Translations under genes and position numbers: made by a program
NCBI RefSeq assembly: GCF_001194135.2
Contig: NC_068981.1
Coordinates: 124,701,772 to 124,765,771, forward strand
DNA length: 64,000 bases
Direction of reading: 5' to 3'
Source of the DNA: Octopus bimaculoides
Taxonomy: Eukaryota
Notes under the pieces: generated by a model
Databases searched by the model: none
What the model was told of the DNA's origin: nothing
What the model saw: the letters and a program-made list of their open reading frames with translations, nothing else
In this document: one piece after another, positions 10,936 to 23,696 of the stretch
Position numbering within the stretch: the first letter of the stretch is position 1
Layout: every line of letters starts with the position of its first letter

Positions 10936-11982
10936 TTTCCATTTACCAGATTCACTCACAAGGCTCTGTTTTTAAAAATATATTCTAAGTAACATCTGTA
11001 GATTTCAATTGTCCTCTCCATTTAATGAGGTTGATGTGATTATGTTAAAATATGAGAAAGATATTAGAAATGCCAACAGTCACAACCTATCAGTTATAAA
11101 ATATTATATGAAAAATAAACAAAAGACACTCTCCACTATATTTATTCAGTTTCTATCATTCAATGTATGAAAGCTGTTTCAGACAGAATTTCAACACACT
11201 GTCTTTTCGATTTTCTATTTAACATACAATTTGGAATTACTGAATGCAAAGGCAGCTGTTCCAACTTATTCAATGCATTAATTTAATAATCAGCTTGAAC
11301 AGCTTTAACTACAAACTAAATTCAATACCTTTTACTTGTTTCTGTCATTGGACTAAGGCCATGCTGAGGCACCACCTTGAGGGGTTTTTAGTCAAACAAA
11401 TTGTTCCTGGCACTTATTTTGTGTGATACTTATTCTATCATGCTCTTTGCTGAATCACTAAGTTATGGGGACATAAACCAACACTGGTTGTCAAGCATAG
11501 GGGGAACACAAACACACACAATGGGTTTCCACATAGTGTCTGCCAATCAAATTAACTTACAAGGCAATGGCCAGCCCAAAGCTATAGTAAAAGACACTTG
11601 CCCAAGGAGACGCAGAGTGGACTGTACCTGAAACCACATGGTTGCAAATCAAGCTTCTTAACCACACAGCTAAACCTGTACCTATGCACCATCATTGTTT
11701 GGTGTACATTTTCCATGCTGGCATGGGATGGACAGTTTGACTTGAAACTGGTAAGCCGGAGAGCTGCATCTGACTCCAGTTTGTTTCTACATCTGGATGC
11801 CCTTCCTAATGCAAACCACTCCACAGTGTGTACCGGGTGCCTAACAGCCACAGGTATGCACCCATTGGAAAATCTCATCATTCTTCAACGAATAAAAACA
11901 ACACCTTCAACCCCTGCCACACGCCCAATATCTTTTAGTCAATGTTCCCGGTAATTTTTCCCAATCACTGAGCAAAACTTAA

Positions 11983-12195
11983 CCCTTTAGCATTCAGATT
12001 ATTCTGTCAAAAGTAATGCTTATTTATTCACATTTGTTTTGAATTAATCAAGCATTATCTTGTAACTTTGAGATGAAGTAAATGTTAATTTTTACTATGA
12101 TATTGTAGGATTGGTGTCAGGGGCCAGGTGCAGCCAATTTGAACATAAAACAGAATATTTTGGCCAGATATGGCTGGTTTAAATGTTAAATCATT
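11983..12195. mobile_element. TTAA/CCCTTTAGCATT piggyBac-type MITE copy
   Basis: Starts TTAA-CCCTTTAGCATTCAGATT. Internal sequence is shared with the other copies; the right end is eroded. Confidence 0.75.
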
Positions 12196-13627
12196 AAATA
12201 TTTTGAGCAAACAAATATTTTAAGTCCAAATCTACTATGCAGCACTTTCATGCAACTCATCAAGCAAATGTTTGTAAAATAAAGTGACTAGAAGCATTTT
12301 GATGCAAGCCACATATATTCAATGAGTGTGCAGCTGCTCAGCTATGTAGATTAGAGGGAACATTGATTTAGAACAAGTCAGCAAGATCATCAGAACTCCA
12401 CTAGTTCTATGTGGTTGATTATCACATAGTAAATATGTTTCTCCTCTGACCCAGCTCAGACACATCCCCACAACCAAATTCCATCACCCTGGCACCTCTC
12501 AATTTTTTTCCACTTCAAAAATTACAACAGAACTGGTATTTTACAAAGAGGGACTCCAATAACTTGGCAGAATCTTTCTACCCGCCATTTCACCTACGTC
12601 ACTAAAATTCATGCTTTCAACAAAACTCTAATTTTCCATGTCCCAAGTGTTAACCACCACATACAGTTTCCATCATCATTGTTTTAATGTCCACTTTTTC
12701 TATGCTTGCACAGGTCAGCTTTTCTACAAATACCCCTTCTGTCACCAAGCTACACTTGTTACCAAGCAAGGAATATTTCACCTTGGCCAGAAGTGTTCTC
12801 CACAGAAGAGTGGAAACAAACATCATTGCTTGTATGATGGTGATGTTCATTGATTCTAAGGTAATATTCCTAGTGCACCCCACCCCCAACTTACCATCAC
12901 AGACATAGACCATTATCTGCAGCAAATTCAAAACAGTATTTCACAAATAAAAACTTAACGTAATTAACCCTTTATTCTGCATATTTTTTTACACTCATTG
13001 CCCCGTTTCAGTCACCCCGTTATCACCTCATTTTTCTTCAATGCCCCCTGGATCTTTTCACTGCCCCCAGAGGGGTAGTACCACCCACTTTGGGAATCAC
13101 TGATTTACAACCATCCCATGATGTCAAGACAAGGATACACACAAACCTGAGTAGTGAGGCATGAATCTAAACTCAGTAAGGCTTTCTTACCCTGCTATGT
13201 TTTCTAATTGTTACTAATATTTCTTGAGGCCAAGTCCTGTTGAGGTCAACTGTGCCATTCATGCTTCTGGAGTCAATAAACTATATCACCAGTCAAGTAG
13301 TAGCATCAATAAATCAATAAGATGTATCATCAGTCAAGTAGCAGCGTCAATTTAAATGACAATACCTGACATTGTACCACTGTTACAGATTAATAATGAT
13401 TTCTTGAAATTAAGTCTAGTAATCTCTTTAATCCATTTTCTCCACTACCTCACTCATGTCTACTGCTGTTAAGTTTTAACTAACATTTATTATGAGCCGG
13501 ATAATGAAGTAGATAAGGGTCCCTTGAGAATATGATATTATTTTCAAGACTTAGGTAAAGTAGGACAGACTAAGCACATTCGGAAGACCGATTATTTTCT
13601 GAGAAAAGAATTTAGTCATTGGAATAC

Positions 13628-13680
13628 CTTGTCCTGGCGTAAAATCAAATTTGATGTCATTTAGAACTCTTTTCTCATTT
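13628..13680 (-). CDS. OXSR1: OSR1/SPAK-like kinase CCT exon: (R)NEKRVLNDIKFDFTPGQ
   Basis: Acceptor tttatttacag, donor gtattc, 53 nt, phase 2 to 1. Matches RNSKKELNDIRFEFTPGR. Confidence 0.96.
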
Positions 13681-15222
13681 CTGTAAATAAACAAATATAT
13701 AATTAAATCTTTGAACAAAATTACTATTGTTATTAACACACACACACACAATGCTGAAAATCTAGTTTCTTCACTGAATGATTTGATAGATTTTTTGATG
13801 TGCCTGGGTAGTATTATGGTATAGAAGACAAGCTGTGTCCATGCAGCATGTCCCCACTCTCTACGTTGCTGATGGATCCAAAGGAACAGCATGGCCATTG
13901 CAATTTGGCACCACTGTCATCACACAACTTGCCAGAATAAGGTTGTAGATAATATCAAACTGCCTCAGGGGCTCCAACTCCTGATTTTTTTCCCCAAGGT
14001 TTACTCCTGAAGCCTTTTCTATATAAGTCAGGTATGGCTGCAAGGCAGTGGAGGTTTGGAACTGGGATTTTTCCTTCTCCTAGAAGGGTAGTTCCCCCAA
14101 ACACACACCCTCTAGCTAATGAGATCTGCCTGTCCAGTATATATATTCTAGAAAACAGTGCTTCATTGAATAAAGAAGTATTTTCCAACCCCACTATAAC
14201 TTTCCAGAAAAATGTATGTCTCACCAGTGGCTAGAAAAAAATTATAGGTGTTCGTATGTTTGTTGCGAAAAAAAAAAAAAAAAGATTTTCACACTTCCAT
14301 GTCCCACTAAAAAAGGAAAAAAATTTAGATTCCATACTCCACCACAATATTCCAAAGGTCCATCGCTGGGATGTGTGCCCAACATTGGAAATCACTGGTA
14401 TAGAAAATAGGGTAACAACTAAATTACATTGGTATTCTGATTGATATCTGGACTATATGTATTCCAGTATTGAAATAGTGAAAATGAGCATGCCAACTAA
14501 TACAGTTTCAGCAAGAAGGCATAAAAGATTTAGCTATTTTAACTTTGCTGTATTTTGCATTTGTCTGGATTGGACAGGTGAAATAAGACAAAATAGTATT
14601 AGCTTTATAGTGAGTCACAACCTAGATGTATACAGATGATTGAAGATAGTTAGATGGGTCTGTATAAAATAAATGATAAACATAAAAGAATATCTTAACC
14701 AACATTTTTCATGGAGCAACAAATTTGGTCACTTAAATAATGCACAAGATGAAACTATAACATTACAGTATTTTAACAGTCACATTTGCTAATACAAGCA
14801 TACACAAACACACAAACAATTATTGTTTGCTACTTTTTTTTATTAAAAAATCTTTTTTAAATTTAAATTCTTTCTCATTACAGATTTGTTACCTGTTTTA
14901 AGTTACATTTCTTTTATAGTGGAAAGATCAAAGACCGAGTTATAGAAAGTGTATTACTTGAATACCAACCATACCAGTTTCCTTGAATGCCAGATTTTAC
15001 CATATTACTACAATATAGTAATAAGTTATTGAAATTGTTTGAAGTTAAGACAACACATGACAAGTGAGATAGTTGAATGTAGCCAAAAGAATAAAGAACT
15101 GAGTTTTTTTAAAATTCACTGCGTTATTAGAAAAAGAACAAAATATACAGCATGAAACCATGAACAAGAAAAGAATAACAATATTTTTTTAAAATTGGAA
15201 ACATGTAGAATAATGCACTAAC

Positions 15223-15263
15223 CTTAATCGCAAGACCAGTCCAATTGGTACCTCTACTGGTTT
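15223..15263 (-). CDS. OXSR1: OSR1/SPAK-like kinase exon at the start of the CCT domain: KPVEVPIGLVLRL(R)
   Basis: Acceptor ctctgttgctag, donor gttagt, 41 nt, phase 0 to 2. Matches KIPISLVLRLR and supplies the AG| needed for the next exon. Confidence 0.93.
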
Positions 15264-17723
15264 CTAGCAACAGAGTGGGGGGAAATAAAAAAAAATATGA
15301 GAACAGTTCATAATATGTCTTAAACAGCAACACAAGAAGTGCTATAAAAATCTGTGGAAGAGATAGCAGTTAAACAATCACTACATGAGAGAATTCATGT
15401 AGCTGCATAAACATAAAAGGTTGAAATTGTCAATATTTCTCCAAGACATTTTTTTTTTTTAAATAAGAACAATGTTGCTTAGTATTCTTTCCTCTTTGAG
15501 ATATACCTAATCTCTGTATAAATACTAATTACATATTCAAAAGTAATATTTTCTTCCCCCATTCCTTTTTTTTTTTTTGGTCTCAAATTTTCTGTAGAGA
15601 TATTAACACCTTTCAATTTGTTTCTTTTTCAGGAGGATTACACAGCTGAGATAGAATAGTTTCTCGAATTTATATGCTACGTTTGCCAGCATATAAGAGG
15701 TACTCTTAGAGAGACATGACCCTATTTTACAAGTATATTTTGTGAAAAAGCAAAAATAAATAAAAACAAATTTTGTCTGTTCCATCATACACTCATTGAA
15801 AGATATTTTAAAACAGTTTCATAAGGTAAAATAAAGTATGATTCTCTAACAATATAATGAAACCACAAATTTATTGTATAATCATCAACACTTAAAGTCC
15901 ATTTTCCAGGTTGGCATGAGTTGGACAGTTTAATGGGCTGGCAAGGCCAGAGACCACACCAGGTCTTTTAGTCTGTTTTGACTTGATTTCTATGGCTGGA
16001 TGCCCTTCCTAATGCCAACCACCCACTTTACAAAGTATACTTGGTGCTTTTTACATGGCACCAGCATCCATGCAATGCTTTCTACATGACACCTTAGTTT
16101 TAAGATCTCAATTCTGTCGTGGTGGGCAGGTCTTCTGTATATAAACTATGTTATGTGAATACCATATTTCAGATTTATCTTCTTTCATATCAACTGTGTA
16201 TATTTTGGTCAGCATGGCCACAGTCTAATGACTGAAACAAGTAAAAGGTAAAAGATAAAGGCAACAGATAATTAAATAATGTAAAATACATATCAGGCAT
16301 GGGTTACGTATGCTGGGAAAGAAGGTATAATGAAATGGTGCAACCTCTCCACATAATTGCCAAAGTACCATAAGCAATCTTTTCATAAATTTCTGCTAAC
16401 AGACTGTGACATTTCAATATTTTATTATTAGTAACAATTATTGTACCTCGTGGACTTGTGTTCATTTGGGTCCCTAGCCACAACACTCAATTTCCCATCC
16501 ATAATACAGCCACAATAGATGGTGGGCAATTTTTTACATATTTAAAAAAAAAAAATTGTGACTTATATGCTGGCAAATACGGTATTCCATACACATCCCC
16601 AAAGCAAATGTTTCACAGCTGAACAACTCTTCCTGATAAAACAAAAATCTGAAAAAGTGATGATCATTTCCCCACTAAGACTAACTGATACAAATGAATT
16701 GTCCCTCAAAGATAAAACAGGACAATTTCTTTTACCATGCATACATACATACATAAATATATATTATTCTTTTTATGCAACTGATATTATCTAGGAAACT
16801 TTATTAGAGAAATCATTAATTGCAGGTTAACACAGTGCTCAACTATCTATTAACCATTTCATCAACTTCAAGTCTGACCAACATAGGGAAAGTTGCCACC
16901 AAAATGACTAACATATCTCTAGTATTATGCTGTCTCAAGCTACTGACAACTGTCATACTTTTGCAATATCAATTGTTACTACACCAGTGACCTCTATACC
17001 ACTTGTATTTTTGCCATCCAGCCCTTGGCACAGTGGGTAAAAATATCAATAGAGAATGATGTTAAATTCAATGACGTACATACACCATTAAATACTATGA
17101 AAGACAGCTGTTTCAAACCAGAGATAGCAGTTTTCCTTATGCTGGTCAAACTGGAAATTGATTAAATGGTCGATTGAACAATGTATGTTAACCAGTAATC
17201 AATGATTTCTTTCATGAAAAGGAAAAAAAAAAGTTTCCTAGAAAATGTCAATAGCACAAAGAAGAATATGAATATATACATACATAACAAATAAAGGGAT
17301 AAAGATAGCTGTATCACATTTATTATCTGGTTATGATGGATTCAAAAACAGCTGAGGTAAGTAAATCGTTTAACATGCTGGAACATGTATAAGAACTTAA
17401 TGCAATATTAATTAAACACAATCCTGCAATTTCATTATGACCTCAAACAATTATCATTAAATGCATGTTAAAGGATTGATCTACTCCAAATTTGTTATCA
17501 AAATGATTACAACCAGATAAATATGATACTAATATCTTCATTCTCTGATTTGCTTTATGTTATACCCTGTGACTGACAAAAATTTCCTGGATTTTCAGTT
17601 TGTGCAGAATATTTTAGATTTACTTCATTGTTTTCCCTTCTGTTAACTATGAATTCACATAAGCGCTGACTGAGTAATTGCTCGCATTTCACAAATCCCC
17701 TTTTGCATATACACATTCACACA

Positions 17724-18896
17724 TAGTGCATTCCAGAAGTTTTGAAACATGTTAAGGAGAGGCAGTTATAACTGTCCTAGATTTTTGTAATTTTATCATT
17801 ACTATACATCTAATAAGCAGATCTGCCAACTTTTGTTATTCCAGATTGAAAGTAACAACTGTAACAGCACTTTAAACACACCCTACCTGCTAAAAACTGC
17901 TTGTCACAGCTGACTAGTTTGCAGAATACAATTGGGATGTGAAGACCATTTGGAAGTGCAATCAAATTTTGGGTTAAACTGGGCAAAACTGCAACAGAAA
18001 CTTGTGAAATGTTCATAACTGCTTATGCATCTGTTTTTCAGTGGCACAAGAGGCCAGCTAAAGTAATTCCAGTGTGATGTTTTATGATGGTCCCCTTTTT
18101 TAACAAGGGTATCATCTACATTCACTGGGCTCCTCTTGTTGATCAGTCAAGTATTTTGTGGAGGTTTTGAAGGAATACAGGAAGAGGTAATATTACAAAA
18201 GACCAGAGCACCTGCACCAAGACAATGCACCAGTTCACAATTCCATCCAGGTAACTAAAAAAGGGTAAAGACACCCGCTTCAGTCACGAATGACCATGAG
18301 ATTGCACCTAGAAAGTCCCCTTCCTAGGCAAAAGACTGGGCAAGGTTGTTTGTGGAAGACCAGCAGTTGCTTATGTATACCAGCCTCTCCTCTCCATACC
18401 ACTGATGTTATCTGAGGGAAAGGCAAAGGCCAATACAGCTTGGCACCAATGATGTTGCAACTCATTTCTACAGCTGAGGGAACTGGAGCAACATGAAATA
18501 AAGTGCCTTGCTCAAGAACACAACACACAGCCCAGTCCTGGAATTGAACTTACAACATCATGATTGGGAGCCTGTTGTTCTAACCACTGAACCACATGAC
18601 TTCATTCATGATTGTGAGCTTGGGTAACTAACTACGAGACAAAGATGGGCATAAAAACTGTCCGTCACATTCCCTACAGTCGGAACTTTGCTCCCTGTGA
18701 CTTTTGGTTGTTCTCCGAACTGAAGGAGAAGATAAAGGAGGCTGTGACACCATTTTGAAGAAAGTAACTGGAGCACTACAAGTACACGGAAGCCAGAGGA
18801 TCCTAGTTTGAAGGAGATTTGATGTTTTATACGTTTCTGAAATTAAAAAAAATGTCTGTCCTGAAAAAAGTCTCAAAACTCCTGGAAAGCACCTAG
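17724..18896 (+). mobile_element. Decayed mariner element with a nested SINE
   Basis: Fragments SAIKFWVKLGKTATETCEMFITAY, HQDNAPVHNSIQVT, KMGIKTVRHIPYSRNFAPCDFWLFSELKEK. Imperfect TIRs tagtgcattccagaagttttgaaac / gtctcaaaactcctggaaagcacctag. Confidence 0.85.
18258..18622 (-). mobile_element. tRNA-headed SINE inserted in the mariner transposase
   Basis: Flanked by a GGTAACTA duplication at 18250-18257 and 18623-18630. tRNA-like head on the minus strand (gtggttcagtggttagaac...gttcaattccagg). Confidence 0.75.
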
Positions 18897-18914
18897 TGTG
18901 TGTGTGTGTGTATA

Positions 18915-18995
<81 letters not shown>

Positions 18996-20978
18996 GTGTG
19001 TGTGTCTGTATATATATAGACACACATGCACACACTTCAATGTTCAGATTTCCATGAGCAAGGTTCCTTATTAACCCCTAATTTACAGACTCACTTTTTG
19101 AAACATCATGAAAACAAGTCAGATTTCTAGTACTTTGTTTGAATTAAACCTTGTGGGACCAGATTTCCAAAGAAAGATACTTTCAATGATTTTCAATTGA
19201 TTTTGAAAATAATTAAGAATTTTAACAGATTTGGTACAGTAACTGATTAGACAAAAGGTTCTTACCTAAAATTATAATGAGAGGTTTTAATTCAAACATA
19301 ACCAGTTAAAAAAAAGAAAGGTTTTATATCATAGAAAATGAAGCAATCTAGAGCAGGTTGATTTCAAAAGATATCAATAAGATATTAATTGGTTCTCTCA
19401 CACTGATGGTGATTAGATTTTGTAATTCGTTTGTGCCACATTTCTGAAAGAATATTTTTTATTCTTCCTTGCTTAACTTATATTTAATTCCAATTAGGCC
19501 TAAATAAAAGTTTTAGTCAGACCTCTCATTCAGAATGTTCAATGGGCATCAGCATGTTCTATATATTAATAGTAAAAGAAATGTATTTGTGGTGGAGAAA
19601 ATATAATTATAATCTATTTTGTAAACTTTCATTTTTCAAATCATATTGAGTCTTTCTTGCTAACAAGGGTTGATTATTTAAGAAAATTTTTATCATTGGA
19701 GCAGAGCAGATCTTAAACAATTGTTGTCCTTCCTCTGGATTACAAAAGTACAAGTTGCATTTTTTCCAACAGAGCAATGAGAGGTAAGTTCAAATAATGA
19801 ACACTACTTGTAGTTGTAAGATTAAAAGTTAAAAACGTTTGATAACAATAACCTTGCATTAATTAAAATTCAAGTCAACAAATCATTTCAATGAAGATAG
19901 TACAAAGAACATCTTATATAAGAGACAACAGGCACAATTTGAGTTGCACAACTAAACCCAACCCTTGAAATATCAAGCAATTTCAATTTCCAGATAGTAG
20001 CAACAACATGTATTTATTGGTTGATTTTTCAGCCAATTAAATCTTGGAGACAATACTGACTTAACTATTGAAACATCTTACAGAGCAACAATAAAACATG
20101 GTAACAATAAATGTAGACATTGTTTTTGTTAATGTAATATATTTAAAAATATGTTCACTTGGATCAAAATGTCTTCACACTGTTGAAGAATTCTACCAAA
20201 TTTCAAAAGAAATTATGGTAAAACTTTACAGAAAGTTTGTTCAGAATCAATATTTAAATATCAAACGTGAAAAAGGTAATTGTAATTATCAATATAAAGA
20301 TGGAGAATATCTGCAGCAAGGCATCATGATTCTGAAATTAAAAGAATTAGTTTGATTGGGAGATAAGTATATAAGAGAAAGAAACAAAGACAGAGATGAT
20401 GAATAAATGACAGGAAGGGAAAGAAAGAATGTCTAAGTATGAGTGCGTATGTGGGCGTGTGAGAATGAGAAAGAGATGTTGGGAGAAGGACATATGTTTG
20501 GGTGAGTGCGCAAATGAGAAACAGAGAACATGTACATGTGTGACAGAGAATGAGAGGGGTATGGAAAAAAAGAAAGAGAGAGTGTGCATGTGTGTATGGA
20601 AGAAAGAAGGTATGCCAGTGTGTATGAAAAAGAGAGCATGTGTATGTGTCAAAGAAAGAACATATACGACTGCATGCCAGAGAGAGAGAGAGACGGACAG
20701 AGGTGAGGAGAGTGCATGTGTGTGCACTTTATACAGGCAGCATAAGTCTCCATTTGGGCTGGCAAAGTTACCAACCAGTGTCTCAAGTTAACTGCAACCA
20801 TTTATTGCTATTTACAATAGCTGGTGTGTCTAGATTCCCATATGCCTGTTCTTGTTGTGGTTTAACTCTAGGTCAGCCCCATCCAGGCATATTAGGACCT
20901 TTTCTTTGTGTATTGTGTATGTATAAAGTATCCCTCCTTTTTTTTAAGCCAGTAGAGAATAGCTTGAGAGAAACTTAA

Positions 20979-21204
20979 CCCTTTAGCATTTAAACCAGCC
21001 ACATCCAGCCCAAGCAGTCAACCTGTTTGATGTTCAAACCAGTCAGATCCAGCCTCTCACCCCCCCCCCCCTATGATGTCGTTCTAAAAAAATAATACTA
21101 TCACATTGTCAAAGTTTTGAAACTGCGAAATAATACATGATTAATTCATAACAATGTGAATAAATAAGCATTACATTCAACAGAGTAATCTGAATGCTAA
21201 AGGG
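20979..21204. mobile_element. piggyBac-type MITE copy (226 bp)
   Basis: TIR CCCTTTAGCATT...AATGCTAAAGGG, with TTAA on the left and TTAC on the right. Confidence 0.85.
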
Positions 21205-22084
21205 TTACAATAAAAAAAACAAATTACGACCAACAAGCTGAAACAAGTAAAAGATAAAAAAGATAACTATTACAATTTGAGAACAAAAGCTTACACATGA
21301 GAATATAATGTGATATTACTAATACTAATTGTTTGCAATATAGGCACAAGGCCTGAGATTTTGGTGGAGGCATTAGTCAATGAATGACCCAGCATTTGAT
21401 TGATACTCTCCAGTACTTTGTTTTAATGACCCCCAGACAGATAAAATAAAAGTTAACTTTGGTAGAATCTGAACTCAGAATGTAAAGAACTGGAAGAAAT
21501 ACTGCAAGAATTTTTTTCCAATGTTCTTACTAGTCTGTCAATCCACCACTTTAAATATAGCTAATGGTTTCAAATTTTGAAACAAGGCCAACAGCTTTAG
21601 GGGAGGAGAGAAGTCAATTACATCAACCCCCAGTGCTCAAACTACTTATTTTATCAACTCTGAAAGGATGAAAGGCAAAGTTGACCTCAGCAGAATTTGA
21701 ACTTAGAATGTAAAGCCAAATGAACTTCTGCTAAGGGTTTTTGTCAAGTGTGTTAATGATTCTGCCACCTGTCATTTCTAACACAAACAGCCAACCTCAA
21801 TTTAACTGATTGGTAAATATTTTATCAACCTCAAAAGGATGACAAGCAACCCCAACAGGATTTTAAATCACAAATAAAAGCAAGCAATTAAACACCACAG
21901 AATATTCTTGCTGAAACTTATTTCTACTGGTCAATACCTTAATTTTGGTATTAACATAGGATAAGATGATTCAGTGGCAGCAACATCATTTCACTGGTCA
22001 CATGTCTCAGTATATCAAATTTATTGGTGGAAGTGTAGATATGTGGGAATTTGCATTAATGTATTAATATACTGGTTTCAAGTG

Positions 22085-22340
22085 GAGGCACATGGCCTAG
22101 TGGTTAGAGCGGAGATTGCCGGTTTGAATCTAAGACCAGTCAATGTGTGTGTTTATGAGCAAAACACCTAAGCTCCATGTGGCTCCGGCAGAAGGTAATG
22201 GCGAACTTCTGCTGACTCTTTCGCCACAACTTTCTCTCACTCTTTCCTCCTGCATCTAGCAGCTCACTTGCAACAGACTGGCGTCCCAACCAGGTGGGGA
22301 ACCTATACACCAATGGAACCAGGAAACCGGCTTTTATGAG
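22085..22340 (+). mobile_element. SINE related to family A, with a different 3' part
   Basis: ggaggcacatggcctagtggttagagcgg head and the gagcaaaacacctaagctcc motif. Confidence 0.7.
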
Positions 22341-23043
22341 AAGGTGGGGAGCTGGCAGAAATGTTAGCACACTAGGCAAAATGCTTAGTGGAATTTTGTC
22401 TGTCTTTACATTCTAAGTTCAAATTCCGTCGAGGTTGACTTTGCCTTTCATCCTTTTGGGGTCAATAAATTAAGTACCAGTTGCATACTGGGGATCAATT
22501 TAATCGACTGGCCCCCTCCCCAAAAATTTCTGGCTTTGTGCCTAGAGTAGAAAAAAAAAAAATACTGGTTTCAAATTTTGGCACAAGGTCACCAGTGCTT
22601 AACTGGTACTTATTGGCTCTGAAAGGATGAAAGGTAAAGTTGACCTCAGCAGGATCTGAACTCAGAATGTAAAGACAGACGAAATGCCACAAATCATTTT
22701 GGCCAGTGTAATGTATTAACATATTAAGAAATCTTTTCTTCGTTATATATTTTATGTCTTTTATCTTTTACTTGCTTCAGTCATTGGACTGTAACCACGT
22801 TGGGGCACTGCCTTGAAGGATCTTAGTCAAACGAATCAACCTCAGTGCTTTGTTTTTTTAAAAGTCTGGTACTTTTTCAATCAGTCTTATACTGAATCAT
22901 TAAGTTAAAGGGACACAAACAAAGCAACACTGGTTGTTGAATAGTGGAGTGGGGTATTAACACAAAGATACATAGACACACATACATATACATAGGTACA
23001 GGAGTGGCTGTGTGGAAAGTAGCTTGCTTACCAACTACATGTA

Positions 23044-23082
<39 letters not shown>

Positions 23083-23475
23083 AACATCACTTGACAACCG
23101 ATGCTGGTGTGTTTACGTCCCCTTAACTTAGTGGTTCGGCAAAAGATACTGATAGAATAAGTACTAGGCTTACAAAGAATAAGTCCTGAGGTCAATTTAC
23201 TCGACTAAAGGTGGTGCTCCAGCATGGCCACAGTCAAATAACTGAAACAAGTAAAAGAGTAAAAGAGAGTATAATATAGGTGGCTATAGCTATAGCAATA
23301 CATACACACAATTGGCTTTCAGTTTCTGTTAACCAAATCCATTCACAAGGCTTTGGTTGGCCTTGAACTATATCAGAAAGCACTTGCCCAAGGTGCCACA
23401 CTGTGGGACTGAAGTTGAAACCATGTGGTTTGGAAGCAAACATCTTACCACACAGCCACACCTGTGCTTATTTAG

Positions 23476-23696
23476 CCCCTTAGCATTCAGATTATTCAGT
23501 TAAATATCATGCTTATTTATTCACATTGTTTTGAATTAATCATGCATTATCTTGTAGCTTTGAGATTTTGATGATGTGATTGTTTATTTTTAGAATGACA
23601 CTGTAGGGTAAGCATGAGAGGCCAAATCTGGCTGGTTTGAACATAAAACAGGTAGAATATTTTGGCCAGATATGGCAGGTTTAAATGTTTAAAGGG
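23476..23696. mobile_element. piggyBac-type MITE copy
   Basis: ccccttagcattcagatt...aaatgtttaaaggg-TTAA, in the opposite orientation to the 20979 copy. Confidence 0.8.

Noticed and set aside
13050-13104. Possible hAT-MITE end (...ccactttgggaatcactg)
   Set aside because: No matching opposite TIR or 8-bp TSD was found nearby, so it is too fragmentary to call.
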